NCBI RefSeq assembly: GCF_006345805.1
Contig: NC_043022.1
Location: 21,452,001 to 21,516,000 of the forward strand
DNA: 64,000 nt
Origin: Octopus sinensis
Taxonomy: Eukaryota
Direction of reading: 5' to 3'
Position 1 is the first letter of the stretch, and each line of letters starts with the position of its first letter. The notes beneath the pieces were generated by a model. The model was not told where the DNA came from and did no database searches. It was given only the letters and a program-made list of their open reading frames with translations. The position numbers and the translations under genes were made by a program. This document shows positions 25,170 to 36,804 of the stretch, piece after piece.

Positions 25170-25720
25170 TAGGATAGAGAGGGGGGGAAAGACACATACA
25201 CAGATAGAGATAGAAAGGAGAGTAAGAGGAGAGAGACACAAAGAAAGCAATAGAAAGACAGAGAGGGGGGAGGAAAGAGAGGGGGAGAGAGGAAAAGAGA
25301 GGGGAGAGGGGGGAGGTGAGGGGAGCGAGAGAGGAAAGATAGGGGGAGAGAAAAGGAGTAGAGTGAGAGAGGAAAAGAGAGGGGGAGAGGGTAAAGAGAG
25401 AGAGGAGAGAAGAAAAGAGAGAGGGGGAGGGGAAAAGAGAGGGGGGGAGAGGGGGGGAGAGGAAAAGAGGGGGAGAGGGGGAAAGAGAGAGAGGAGGAGA
25501 GAAGAAAAGAGAGAGGAAAAGAGAGAGGGGGAGAGGGGGAAAGAGAGAGAGGAGGAGGAGAGAAGAAAAAAGAGAGAGGGGGAGAGAGAGAAGACACATA
25601 CATACACAAACGGATAGATAGAGATAGAAAAGAGAGACATATGGAAAGCAATAGAAAGACAGACACAGAGAGTGAGCAAGAAAGAGAGAGAGAAGGGGGC
25701 AGGTGTTGGAGAGGGTGAAA
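25170..25720. repeat. Polypurine (GA-rich) low-complexity tract
   Basis: Almost exclusively G/A on the plus strand for about 500 bp; explains the ORFs at 25057-25756. Confidence 0.9.
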
Positions 25721-25900
25721 ATAATCAATGAACCAATAGTCAAACAATAAAAACAATTACTTTAAAAATAGAAAAACACCTTACAAACAAACGAGTTAAA
25801 TATACAAAATCAAGGCAAAAGGGGAGAATCTATGGCCTCGACTTTTTAGAAAGAGCAGTCAAATCACTCTCAGACCACACCTTCGTGCATTTAAACAGAA

Positions 25901-26068
25901 GGCGCAGGAGTGGCTGTGTGGTACGTAGCTTGCTTAACAACCACATGGTTCCGAGTTCAGTCCCACTGCGTGGCACCTTGGGCGATTGTCTTCTACTATA
26001 GCCTTGTGACGACCAAAAGCTTGTGAGTGGATTTGGTAGACGGAAACTGAAAGAAGCCCATCGTATAT

Positions 26069-26101
<33 letters not shown>

Positions 26102-26316
26102 TGTGTGTTTGTCCCCCCAACATCGCTTGACAACCAATGCTGGTGTGTTTACGTCCCTATAACATAGCGGTGTGGCAAAAGAGACCGACAGAACAAGTAC
26201 TAGGCTTCCAAAGAATAAGTCCTGGGGTCGGTTTGCTCGACTAAAAGGCGGTGCTCCAGCATGGCCGCAGTCAAATGACTGAAACAGGCAAAAGAGTAAA
26301 AAAGAGTAAAAGAGTA
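25901..26316 (+). mobile_element. Family A SINE, full length
   Basis: Same structure as the other copies. Confidence 0.9.
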
Positions 26317-26484
26317 AGATAGGAAGGACATTTTGATTGATGTGACCCTAGATACATAACATATTTGAACAAGAAGGAAACTGATTATTGCTATAACATC
26401 ATTACAAACAGATGCTATAGATATGAACTGATCTGGAGCTAAACAACAACAATAACAGCAAGAAGAGAAACAAAGAAAAGAACA

Positions 26485-26720
26485 AAATCACTGCTACCTC
26501 TACCAGCCGTGGGCTAGGCCTTGTGGAAGGCGCCACACCAGACGTCTGGACATGATTGGGGAAGAGCTCCAGAGGTTCGATGCCACCTTGGAGGATGCAA
26601 GGGGGCTGGCATGGGGCTGCCAGGGGTGGAGAGCACTGGTGGACTTGGTCGATCCTATGCATGATGACCCCCAACCCCATCGAGCAAGAGCACAAAGCGA
26701 AACACTACAAGCCACTACCA
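26485..26720 (+). pseudogene. RTE-clade LINE 3' end fragment
   Basis: RPCGRRHTRRLDMIGEELQRFDATLEDA...HDDP resembles 16370-16500. Confidence 0.65.
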
Positions 26721-26943
26721 TCTGATTCATACAGATTCATAAAGCCACTACCATCTGATTCAAAAAATAACTGCAATCAGACTGAAGATAACAATAGCCG
26801 ACAATTAGCAGTTGCAGACAGCATTGCCAATAAAGACGACAAACACACACACAGATTCACACAGACATGTGCATGCATGGATTTGTGTGCATATGTACGT
26901 ATGTATGTATCTATGAATGCATATATGTATGTATGTATGTATG

Positions 26944-27003
<60 letters not shown>

Positions 27004-27460
27004 TCATCATCATCATCATCATCGTTTAATGTCCGTTCTCCATGCTAGCATGGGTTGGACGGTTCAACCGGGGATCTGGGAAGCCAGAAGGCTGCACCAG
27101 GCTCCAGTCTGATCTGGCAGTGTTTCTACAGCTGGATGCCCTTCCTAACGCCAGGATGCCCTTCCTAATGCCAGGATGCCCTTCCTAATGCCAATATATA
27201 TATATAGTAAAAATAAAGGCAGCGAGCTGGCAGAAACGTAAGGCGGCAAACTGGCAGAAATGTTAGAGAAAGAAACCTGGCTGTTTCTTGCAATACATAC
27301 CAATATATACATATAAGCAAAATTTCTTCAGGGGCCTATAAAATACTATTGTGAACTACCAGTTTATTATCTTGTTGCATGGACTCCCAAAAATCTTATA
27401 GGGACCCTGGTTAAGAACCACTGATGTAAACCATTTGTTATTGAAATGATCATAACCATA

Positions 27461-27892
27461 GGTGCAGGAGTGGCTGTGTGGTAAGTAGCTTGCTAACCAA
27501 CCACATGGTTCTGGGTTCAGTCCCACTGCGTGGCACCTTGGGCAAGTGTCTTCTGCTATAGCCTCGGGCCGACCAAAGCTTTGTGAGTGGATTTGGTAGA
27601 TGGAAACTGAAAGAAGCCCATCATATATATGTATATATATATATATGCGTGTGCGTGTTTGTGTGTCTGTGTTTGTTCCCCTAGCATTGCTTGACAACCG
27701 ATGCTGGTGTGTTTATGTCCCCGTTACTCAGGGGTTCGGCAAAAGAGACCGATAGAATAAGTACTGGGCTTATAAAAGAATAAGTACTGGGCTTACAAAA
27801 GAATAAGTCCTGGGGTCGAGTTGCTCGACTAAAGGCGGTGCTCCAGCATGGCTGCAGTCAAATGACTGAAACAAGTAAAAGAGTAAAGAGAG
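27461..27892 (+). mobile_element. Family A SINE, full length, with an internal duplication of about 22 bp
   Basis: AAGAATAAGTACTGGGCTTA repeated at about 27756-27800. Confidence 0.9.
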
Positions 27893-28098
27893 ATAACAAA
27901 TGTGATAGCAATAACTTCATTCCTTTATTTATTTCATGTTAAACACTGTGTTTGAAGTAAAGCCCCAGGATCTACAGTTTGTGTGGTATACCTTACTTTA
28001 CTGGATCATTTTCTCTCCCGTACATGCTATTAGCCAGGATTTGCATGAGACCTGACTGAGGTAATCACCTGGATTTCATACATCCACCTTTACATATT

Positions 28099-28144
<46 letters not shown>

Positions 28145-28681
28145 TCTACTCTATGAGTGTAATAACTAAACGATATTAATAGATGGTCCAACATATTCAT
28201 TTTGGTAAAAAAAAATTATTTTTTGCTTCTTTATTTTTATTTTTTATTTTATTTTAAACTTTATCTTGGAATTCAACAAAGACACCAGGTCTTTGTTTGG
28301 TTTTGTTTTGTATGTTTTTTTAACAAATCATGAAACTTAGAAATATTAAAAAAAAAAAAAACGACTGTTGGAATCAGATTTTAGAAACTAGATTCAATTA
28401 AATTCTACATCTTAGAAGGATTTTGTTCATTATATGTATGTGTTTGTATATTTTTTTTCCTTTTTAGTTGAAGGAATCAATAGAACTGATCAAGCAATGA
28501 TTTCTTACATAAATAAGCAGCAGCAGCAGTCTGAGAGCTCAGAATTTTTATAGATTCGAAAAAGAAAAATGGGAGAAAATTTATGAAATTTCCTCCTTCT
28601 GAAAAGCATTAAGTGCCATAAGTGAAACAGTTGCAAACTTAGCATTGAAACTAAAGTCACTTCACACAGTATGGTTTAACA

Positions 28682-28682
<1 letters not shown>

Positions 28683-28739
<57 letters not shown>

Positions 28740-28776
28740 TAATAATATAAAATAATAAAATAATAATAATAATAAC

Positions 28777-28808
<32 letters not shown>

Positions 28809-28853
28809 TAATAATAATAATAAAATAATAATAAAAATAATAATAATAATAAC

Positions 28854-28908
<55 letters not shown>

Positions 28909-28920
28909 TAATAATAATAA
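28683..28920. repeat. (AAT)n microsatellite
   Basis: Direct reading of the sequence. Confidence 0.95.
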
Positions 28921-28933
28921 AAACAACAACAAT

Positions 28934-29190
28934 AAATGGAAAGTGCAGGTAAGATGTGTCCCAGTAGTTATAGGTGCATTGGGAACTATCCCTAAAGATT
29001 TGAAGAGGTGGATAGGGAAAATAGACATAAAACCCAGATTAGTAAAGCTCCAGAAAACAGTGTTATTATGAACAGCTAGCATACTTAGTAGGGTTCTTGG
29101 CATCTAAAGTTACTCTAAGGTTATTTGTTGTGGCCCAATGCTAGAATTTTTTCTTTTCCAACAGTCTAATCTGTTGTGTATAACAACAAC
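28934..29190 (+). pseudogene. R4/Dong-like non-LTR retrotransposon 3' end (RLE domain C-terminus and 3' UTR)
   Basis: 28934-29107 reads KWKVQVRCVPVVIGALGTIPKDLKRWIGKIDIKPRLVKLQKTVLL*TASILSRVLGI*; embedded in (AAT/AAC)n. Confidence 0.8.
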
Positions 29191-29249
29191 AACAACAACA
29201 ACAACAGCAGCAGCAGCAGCAGCAACAACAATAATAATCATAATAATAA

Positions 29250-29825
29250 TAAATGCCCTGATGCAGTACCAGGCAGTAGCCCTCATGGCTTCTGATCTTA
29301 ACTGATTGGAAGTGTTATCATGTACATTGTTTTGTCTTGGTATAAAAGATGGGCTACAGCAAATATTCTGCTCAATACCACAGATTTGCTTGTCAGTTGT
29401 TTGACCTTAACCAGTTGAGCATGTCCCTTAGTGGCTGACGATATGTGCTATCTCTGATCACGAGTAGAAATAGTGGGGGGCATCATAGCCATGTGTTGAG
29501 AGGGATTCTTTGGGGTCTGAATAATTCACCTCTGGAAACATGGGTGTTTCATTCAACATCCTTAAACAACCCTTATTCAGGGACCTTTTGAGCGGGATGG
29601 GTTACTCGACCTGAAGAAAATTCTAACTGGGCCCCACCTGCAAGGTCATGTGCTATTTATCTTGATATAAGATCACCATGTCGCACACATATGGTTGTGA
29701 TGCATGTGCATAATGTACCCTTATCAGATGGGTAGTCATGATGGGTATACTGGGCTTCGTATATTTTACCATAGTGTCACTTTGATGGCGTGCACTGCTC
29801 TCTCACTCAACAAGAACAACAACAA
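29250..29825. mobile_element. Unclassified interspersed repeat of about 570 bp flanked by (AAT/AAC)n
   Basis: Partial copies at 19765-19925 and 29938-30068. Confidence 0.7.
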
Positions 29826-29884
29826 TAAAATGCCAAAAAGCATTTTGCCTAGCATGGTAATGATTCTGCCAGCTGGCTGCCTAA

Positions 29885-29931
<47 letters not shown>

Positions 29932-30473
29932 AATGATAAATGCCCTGATGCAGTACCTGGCAGTGGTTCTCATGGCTTCTGATCTTAACTGATTGGAAGT
30001 GTTATCATATACATTGTTTTGTCTTGGTATAAAATATGGGCTACAGCAAATATTCTGCTCAATACCAGCAAAAGTGGGACAAAGTGGTGAGAAAGGATCT
30101 TCAGATGTTGGGCCTCACAGAGGAGATGACTGGTAGTTTGTTGTACTTGAGAAGACACATCAAGCTCAGGGAAATTATGGTTGTGCATGCATACAGGTGT
30201 GACTCCTGCATCCCTCTTCAGCTGAATGATCCTAATCTTGCAAACTCGTGGGTGCTGGCACCACACAGAAAGTACCTGTGCCAGTGCCACGTAGTAGCAC
30301 CCATGCTGGTGCTGCATAAAAGCACCCAATTCACTTTGTGAAGTGATTGCCATTAGGAAAGACATCTAGCTGTAGAAACCATGCCAAAACAGACATGGAC
30401 CCGGCCAGCTCTTCAGCTGGTCAGTTCCTGTCAAACCATCCAACCCATGCCAGCATGGAAAATAGGCATTAAA

Positions 30474-30657
30474 TGATAATGGTGATGATGATGGTGGTGA
30501 TGATGATGATGATTGTGATGATTGATGATGATGATGATGATGATGGTGGTGATGATGATGATTATGATAATGATGATGATGATGATGATGGTGGTGATGA
30601 TGATGATGGTGATGAAGATGATGGTGGTGGTGGTGGTGATGGTGGTGGTGGTGGTGG

Positions 30658-30707
<50 letters not shown>

Positions 30708-30748
30708 GTGATGATGGTGACGATGATGAGGGTGATGGTGGTGATGAC
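30474..30748. repeat. (GAT/GGT)n microsatellite
   Basis: Source of the poly-D and poly-H ORFs. Confidence 0.95.
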
Positions 30749-30751
30749 ATA

Positions 30752-30961
30752 CAGAGGGGTACTGAAGAGTTTCTGGCTTTAAGGGTATCATGAAAGGCCG
30801 GGCTGGAAGCCTAACCTTCTAAGTTCTTATACAGGGCTTAGAAAAACTGAACGACTGCTGCAATAAGTGTGTGAATCTGAGAGGTGAATAGGTTGAATAA
30901 AATCATAATTAATTGTTGATTCTCCTATATTTTCTTTTACCCAAAGCCAGGATTTTTCAGC
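30752..30961 (+). mobile_element. Mariner-derived MITE retaining the transposase C-terminus
   Basis: TA-CAGAGGGG start; LIQGLEKLNDCCNKCVNLRGE*VE*; copies at 47026-47245 and, reversed, at 50745-50845. Confidence 0.75.
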
Positions 30962-31041
30962 AATTCATGCTAGCATGGACGGCAGATATTAAACGATGAT
31001 TATACATATATATTATACATATATATATATATATATATAGA

Positions 31042-31075
<34 letters not shown>

Positions 31076-31087
31076 CATACATACATA

Positions 31088-31141
<54 letters not shown>

Positions 31142-31464
31142 CATACACATGCACATATATTTAAGTGTTACCTAATTGGCTCAAAGTGCCTAATCTGTAC
31201 AAGATATTTAAAGTGGTAACAAACATATATTTCCCCATACATGGTAATTAAAAAGTCATTTTCCGCATAGGCACGAGACCTCCACTTGTAAGTGAATATT
31301 TCATCAATAAAACAAGGAAACCTCTACATGGAGGCATGTTGTACTAGAAATAGCAGCCGAATGTTAGACCCTACTATCTTCAAAGTAAGAAGGACACGAT
31401 GGCAAATTACTCTCAGATGCTGTTAAAATGATAGGATGATTATGAGTGGAATAGCTCTGATCAT

Positions 31465-31860
31465 ACTCTTTTACTTGTTTCAGTCATTTGACTGTGTCCA
31501 TGCTGGAGCACCGCCTTTAGTCGAGCAAATCGACGCTAAGTACTTATTCTTTGTAAGCCTAGTACTTATTCTATCGGTCTCTTTTGCTGAACCGCTAAGT
31601 TACGGGGACGTAAACACACCAGCATCCGTTGTCAAGCGATGTTGGGGGGACAAACACAGACACACAAACACACACACACACACAAACACATATATACGAC
31701 AGGCTTCTTTCAGTTTCCGTCTACCAAATCCACTCACAAGGCTTTGGTCGGCCCGAGGCTATAGTAGAAGACACTTGCCCAAGGTGCCACGCAGTGGGAC
31801 TGAACCCGGAACCATGTGGTTGGTAAGCAAGCTACTTACCACACAGCCACTCCTGCGCCT
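31465..31860 (-). mobile_element. Family A SINE, full length
   Basis: Reverse complement of the family A consensus. Confidence 0.9.
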
Positions 31861-32114
31861 AATGTGTACAAACATTTACTAGATGCAGATTGTTTGAAGC
31901 AACCTGTTTTGAAAATACTGGCAGGCCAAAAGGAAGAGTCAACACTTGAGGGATTTTGAGAGAGGAAAAGAGCATGAGAGAGGAGAGACAGACAGACAGA
32001 CAGAGGGAGAGGGGGAGAGAGGTAATCAAATATTACAAGGCTTTCCTTTTTAGTCCAGTATTCTATCATACCTCTTATTCCACCACTCTATTGTAATTAA
32101 TTAACAAGGTTGTA

Positions 32115-32443
32115 TCTCTCTATATATAAACGGCAAAATGTCTGTGTGCATCTCCTTTATACAAATCCACAATTTTTCAGTTAGAGGGCTTACACTTTCT
32201 ATGGTCATTCAAAACTGTCCAAGGATGGCCGTGCACATCTTAACATTTCCTCAGTCACCCCACAAAGCCATTAAAAAATCAATAGAAGTGACTTTCTTGT
32301 GAATTTTCTATCCAAAACCCATTCAAAATGCCTGAAACTTCATACGCCAATTGAATGCCAGCTAGCTGTGTGTGACTGGTCAGAGATTCGGACAGTACTC
32401 GCGTGTATGTGCGCACGCACACAATGCTGGATCATAGTGCTAG
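32115..32443 (+). mobile_element. Probable non-autonomous Helitron
   Basis: A|TCTCTCTATATATAAA start and CTAG|T end; hairpin degenerate. Confidence 0.6.
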
Positions 32444-32504
32444 TATATATATATATATAACCCATTCTTTTTTGTGTGTGTTCAGTTGATGAGATTGGCA
32501 TCAT

Positions 32505-32770
32505 GTGTTGCTATGGAGACTTGTAGTTTCCCATGATACCTGCAATCTCATAATAGAGACAACCATGTGGCATTTGCTGCAAACCCCGGTATTCCTACCC
32601 GTAACACGGAAGAGAGAAGTATCAATAAGCACAGGAGCCTGGACAGCTGCTATCAGCTTGTGCCAGTTACCATTAAGATATCAGGTGTTCTAGGATGCCA
32701 AACTACTGATTTCCTCCCCAAAATAGGGATAGTGATGGCCCATTGGAGAAATGAGTTCCTCGAGGTGGAG
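32505..32770 (+). pseudogene. Decayed CRE/NeSL-like retrotransposon RLE domain fragment
   Basis: PGIPTRNTEERSINKHRSLDSCYQLVPVTIKISGVLGCQTTDFLPKIG resembles AExxKxxKYxxL...FVPxxxETxGxxG. Confidence 0.6.
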
Positions 32771-32779
32771 TGGCAGATC

Positions 32780-33097
32780 TTTTCAGTTTGAACGGCAGTA
32801 TTTTCTAGCAGTGTCATATGAAATTGTCACCCATAATTATGACCCTAGTATCGATCTATTGCATTTCAATCTGTTTTAGGGTTAGGGTTAGTTAGGGTTA
32901 GGATTAGGGTTAGGGGTGAGGGGAAGGGTATCTTTTTTTCTTCACAAATGTAAATAAACCCAACCTGTTTCTTAAACGAGCGACATATTCATACGGCACA
33001 GAATGTTTTCACGTCAATAGACGTCATTGATTGGTTGAAATTGCAGAAATTGAAGAAAAAAACAACAAATATCTTACAAACTATAGAATTTTCTCTG
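32780..33097. mobile_element. Truncated unclassified repeat carrying an internal (TTAGGG)n tract
   Basis: TTAGGG-like run at 32876-32916; truncated by a P2 MITE piece at about 33098. Confidence 0.5.
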
Positions 33098-33361
33098 TTG
33101 ATTTGAATTAATCATGCATTATTTTGTAACTTCAAAATTTCAACGATGTGATTGTTTATTTTCAGAATGACGTAGGGTAGATGTGATAGGCCAGATGTAG
33201 CTGGTTTAAACAAAAAACAGGTAAAATATTTTGGTTGGATATTGCCAGTTTAAATGCTAAAGAGTTAAGTCAGATCATATATCATCAGCAATTCCTCCAT
33301 TTGGCAGCTAAGGCTTTTTCCTCTCTTGATTCTTACATATATATTTTGTTATATTCCAGCT

Positions 33362-33664
33362 GTGGAGGCGCAATGGCCCAGTGGTTAGGGCAGCGGACTC
33401 GCGGTCGGAGGATCGCGGTTTCAATTCCCAGACCGAGCGTTATGTGTGTTTATTGAGCGAAAACAGCTAAAAGCTCCACGAGGCTCCAGCAGGGGGTGGT
33501 GATCCCTGCTGTACTCTTTCACCACTTTTTCTCCCACTTTCATCTGTTGGCCTGCTCACTTAGCCAGCGGGGTGGCATCATTCGAAGGCTAAAACAATGC
33601 AAACGCATTGTGACCAGCGATGTGTAGCAACATCTGATGGTCAGGTCGGTCACGTGATCACATG
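33362..33664 (+). mobile_element. Family F SINE with an 11-bp TSD
   Basis: TSD ATATTCCAGCT at 33351-33361 and 33665-33675; tRNA-like head. Confidence 0.9.
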
Positions 33665-33734
33665 ATATTCCAGCTACAAGCATTATAATCAAACTAAACA
33701 AAATTGAGTTCAGTGAGTGAGGTACCTTTTGAAA

Positions 33735-33832
33735 AGTCACCTGATGAGACATCATCTGCAACAACCAGGGGTTCAGAATCTCACCTGTGAGGAGAGGACA
33801 ATGCAAGATGGGTCGAAACAATTGTTGTGATT
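33735..33832 (+). ncRNA. Type-I hammerhead ribozyme with intact core and extended, branched stem II
   Basis: AGTCAC-CTGATGA-GACATCATCTGCA...TGCAAGATGGGTC-GAAAC-AATT-GTT-GTGATT; 6-bp stem I, G10.1-C11.1 pair, palindromic stem III AACAATTGTT, GUU triplet. Confidence 0.85.
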
Positions 33833-33979
33833 AATATGGAATTTTGTTAATTCCGTTTTCTCTTCCTCTCATTTCTTATATACTTGAGAGACTCGAAGAA
33901 ATTCCTGGAGTAAATTCAGTGGCATTCGTATCCATACTGTTGATGACATCAGGAAGCCACAGACTGAGAATGTGTTTAA

Positions 33980-34537
33980 CCCTTTCATTACTGTATTTCT
34001 GTTGAGATGCTCTGTGTTTCTTTCAATTAATTTTAAATATAACAAAGAATTTAATAAAATAACTTAGTTATCATTAAGCTAGTGTTGGGAACATCAATTG
34101 TGACTAAGGTTTGGTGGAAGATTTTAATTCAAAACTTATGAAAACAAGACATTTGTTACCATATTTCTGTTGAGATGCTCTGTGTTTCTTTCAATTAATT
34201 TTAAATATAACAAAGAATTTAATAAAATAACTTAGTTATCATTAAGCTAGTGTTGGGAACATCAATTGTGACTAAGGTTTGGTGGAAGATTTTAATTCAA
34301 AACTTATGAAAACAAGACATTTGTTACCATATTTCTGTTGAGATGCTCTGTGTTTCTTTCAATTAATTTTAAATATAACAAAGAATTTAGTAAAATAACT
34401 TAGTTATCATTAAGCTAGTGTTAGGAACAAAAATTGTGACTAAGGTTTGGTTGAAGATTTTAATTCAAAATTTATGAAAATAAGACATTTGTACCATAGA
34501 GCCAGAAGTAGTTACAGCCGGGTTGGCATTGAAAGGG
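33980..34537 (+). mobile_element. P1 MITE expanded by three tandem 168-bp internal units
   Basis: ATTTCTGTTGAG at 33995, 34163 and 34331; TTAA at both ends. Confidence 0.9.
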
Positions 34538-34570
34538 TTAATTGGCATATCTATATGTTGAGAAAGCGAG

Positions 34571-34622
<52 letters not shown>

Positions 34623-35719
34623 TGTGTGTGCGCGTGTGCGTGTCCATAAATATATACCATTACACATCTATGTTGCATGTGTAAGATATCTCTCCCAGGG
34701 ACACCATAAAGAGATTATTCCCATACTGCTGTATGACTTTCCCCCCATCACAAACAATACAGCCACTCTTTTCTCAGATGTTTGCTCAGCTGCCTTTTTT
34801 GTGTGTTTAAGCAAATAAGAGTGCAAGATTTGCCCCTAGACAGGATGCCAGTCCATCACAAGGTTAACACTCCCGGCTGTCACTGGTACCCATTTGCAGC
34901 TGAACAGCCTAAAGCAATGTGAAATGAAGTGCCTTGCTCAAGGAGACAGTATGCTTCTTTGTTTGAGATTGAACCCATGATCTAATGATTGTGAGTCTAA
35001 GGCCACTGCACCAACTAGCTTCACACACATCTTTCAAGAGGCAATCTCTTACTCGCTAACATCATACAATCACAAAAAACAGGCACAGAAATAGCAACAA
35101 CAACAAATTAACAAATGCTGCTGACAAAAATACCCTTGGAAATTAAATCACTCTCAAAACTATATGTTTTGATTATCCGCATCAGTAAATATTGATAATA
35201 GAGATATAATTTCATTTATTTCATTTCTTTATATAAACTATGGTTTAAATTTAAAACGGAGAAAAAAAAAAGAAAAAGAACAGACAGAAAAGCAACAAAG
35301 ATACACACACACACACACAACACACACACACACAAGCTGGATAAAGAAAACATTACTGTTTTTTTATATTATTCTATAATAATTTGTTTTCATCACTTCA
35401 CTGTTTAGTCTATGATGTGAAATAAACAAACACAAGCGCCATGGAGCCAAACAAGATTCTGGATTCCGTTGCACTGCATGGTACCCTAAGTGAATGTGTT
35501 CATTTGTAACCCTATGTTGACCAAAGCTTTCTGAGTAAAATTTCGTTGACAGAAATTGTGGAAGCCAGTTGTGCATACATACAGTATGTGCACATACATA
35601 TATATGTGTGTGTATGTATACATATACATATATAATCTTTTATTCTTTTATTTGTTTCAGTCATTTGACTGCAGCCATGCTGGAGCTCCACCTTTAAAAA
35701 TTAATCAAATGATCTGTAT

Positions 35720-36010
35720 GTCAAAGTCGACCTTGGCGAAATTTGAACTCAGAAATGTAAAGACAGACGGAATACCTATTTCTTTACTACCCACAAGAGG
35801 CTAAACACAGTGGAGACAAACAAGGACAGACGAACGGATTAAGTCGATTATATCAACCCCAGTGCGTAACTGGTATTTATTTAATTGACCCCGAAAGGAT
35901 GAAAGGCAAAGTCGACCTCGGCGGAATATGAACTCAGAATGTAGCAGCAGACGAAATACCACTAAGCATTTCGCCTGGCGTGCTAACGTTTCTGCCAGCT
36001 TGCCGCCTTA
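35720..36010 (-). mobile_element. Family B SINE with a tandem partial unit
   Basis: Junction GAATACC|TATTTCTTTAC at about 35776. Confidence 0.85.
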
Positions 36011-36081
36011 ATACCATTAACCATTTCACTCTATGCGCTAACGTTTCAATCATTTGACTGCAGCTTTGCTGGAGCACCACC

Positions 36082-36112
<31 letters not shown>

Positions 36113-36409
36113 TATATTATATATATATATATACATATATATATGGAGACCCCCTTTGGTCATGAATGACCATGGTAGTGCACCTAGAAAGTTACCCTCC
36201 ACGGCACAAGTCAGGGTAAGGCTGTTTGTGGAAGGCTAGCAGTCGGCCATGCATACCAGCCTCCACACTCCACACCACTGATGTTATCCAAGGGAAAGGC
36301 AAAGGCCGATACAGCTTGGCACCAGTGATGTCACAACTCATTTCTACAGCTGAGCTAATTGGAGCAACACGAAATAAAGTGTCTTGCTCAAGAACACAAC
36401 ACACAGCTC

Positions 36410-36730
36410 CCGTGGCATGTAAAAAAGCACCATTCAAATGTGATCGTTACCAATGTCGCTTCACTGGCACCTGTGCCGGTGGCACGTGTAAAAAGATTCG
36501 AGCAAGGTCATTGCCAGTACCGCCTGACTGGCCCCCGTGCAAGTGGCATGTAAAAGACACCCACTACACTCTCGGAGTGGTTGGCATTAGGAACGGCATC
36601 CAGCTGTAGAAACTCTGCCAGATCAAGACTGGAGCCTGGTGCAGTCATCTGGTTTGCCACCCCTCATTCAAAATCGTCCAACCCATGCTAGCATGGAAAG
36701 CGGACGTTAAACGATAATGATGATGATGAT
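36410..36730 (+). mobile_element. Family C element
   Basis: Internal GTGGCA(C/T)GTAAAA repeats and the family C tail. Confidence 0.85.
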
Positions 36731-36804
36731 GATATATATATATATATACGTACATACACACATATATTCTTACACACACACACACACTTTTATATGTGTT
36801 TCAA

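Noticed and set aside
25057-25756. Long ORFs of 179-228 aa
   Set aside because: Products of the GA/TC low-complexity tract.
30366-30793. Poly-His and poly-Asp ORFs
   Set aside because: (GAT/GGT)n microsatellite; the same applies to the poly-I/Y/N ORFs elsewhere.
32507-32520. RFX X-box GTTGCTATGGAGAC with a nearby CCAAT (32494-32498)
   Set aside because: It lies within what reads as a decayed CRE-like retrotransposon coding fragment, and there is no other promoter evidence.
33362-33440. tRNA gene
   Set aside because: It is the tRNA-derived head of a SINE bounded by a TSD; no complete acceptor stem.
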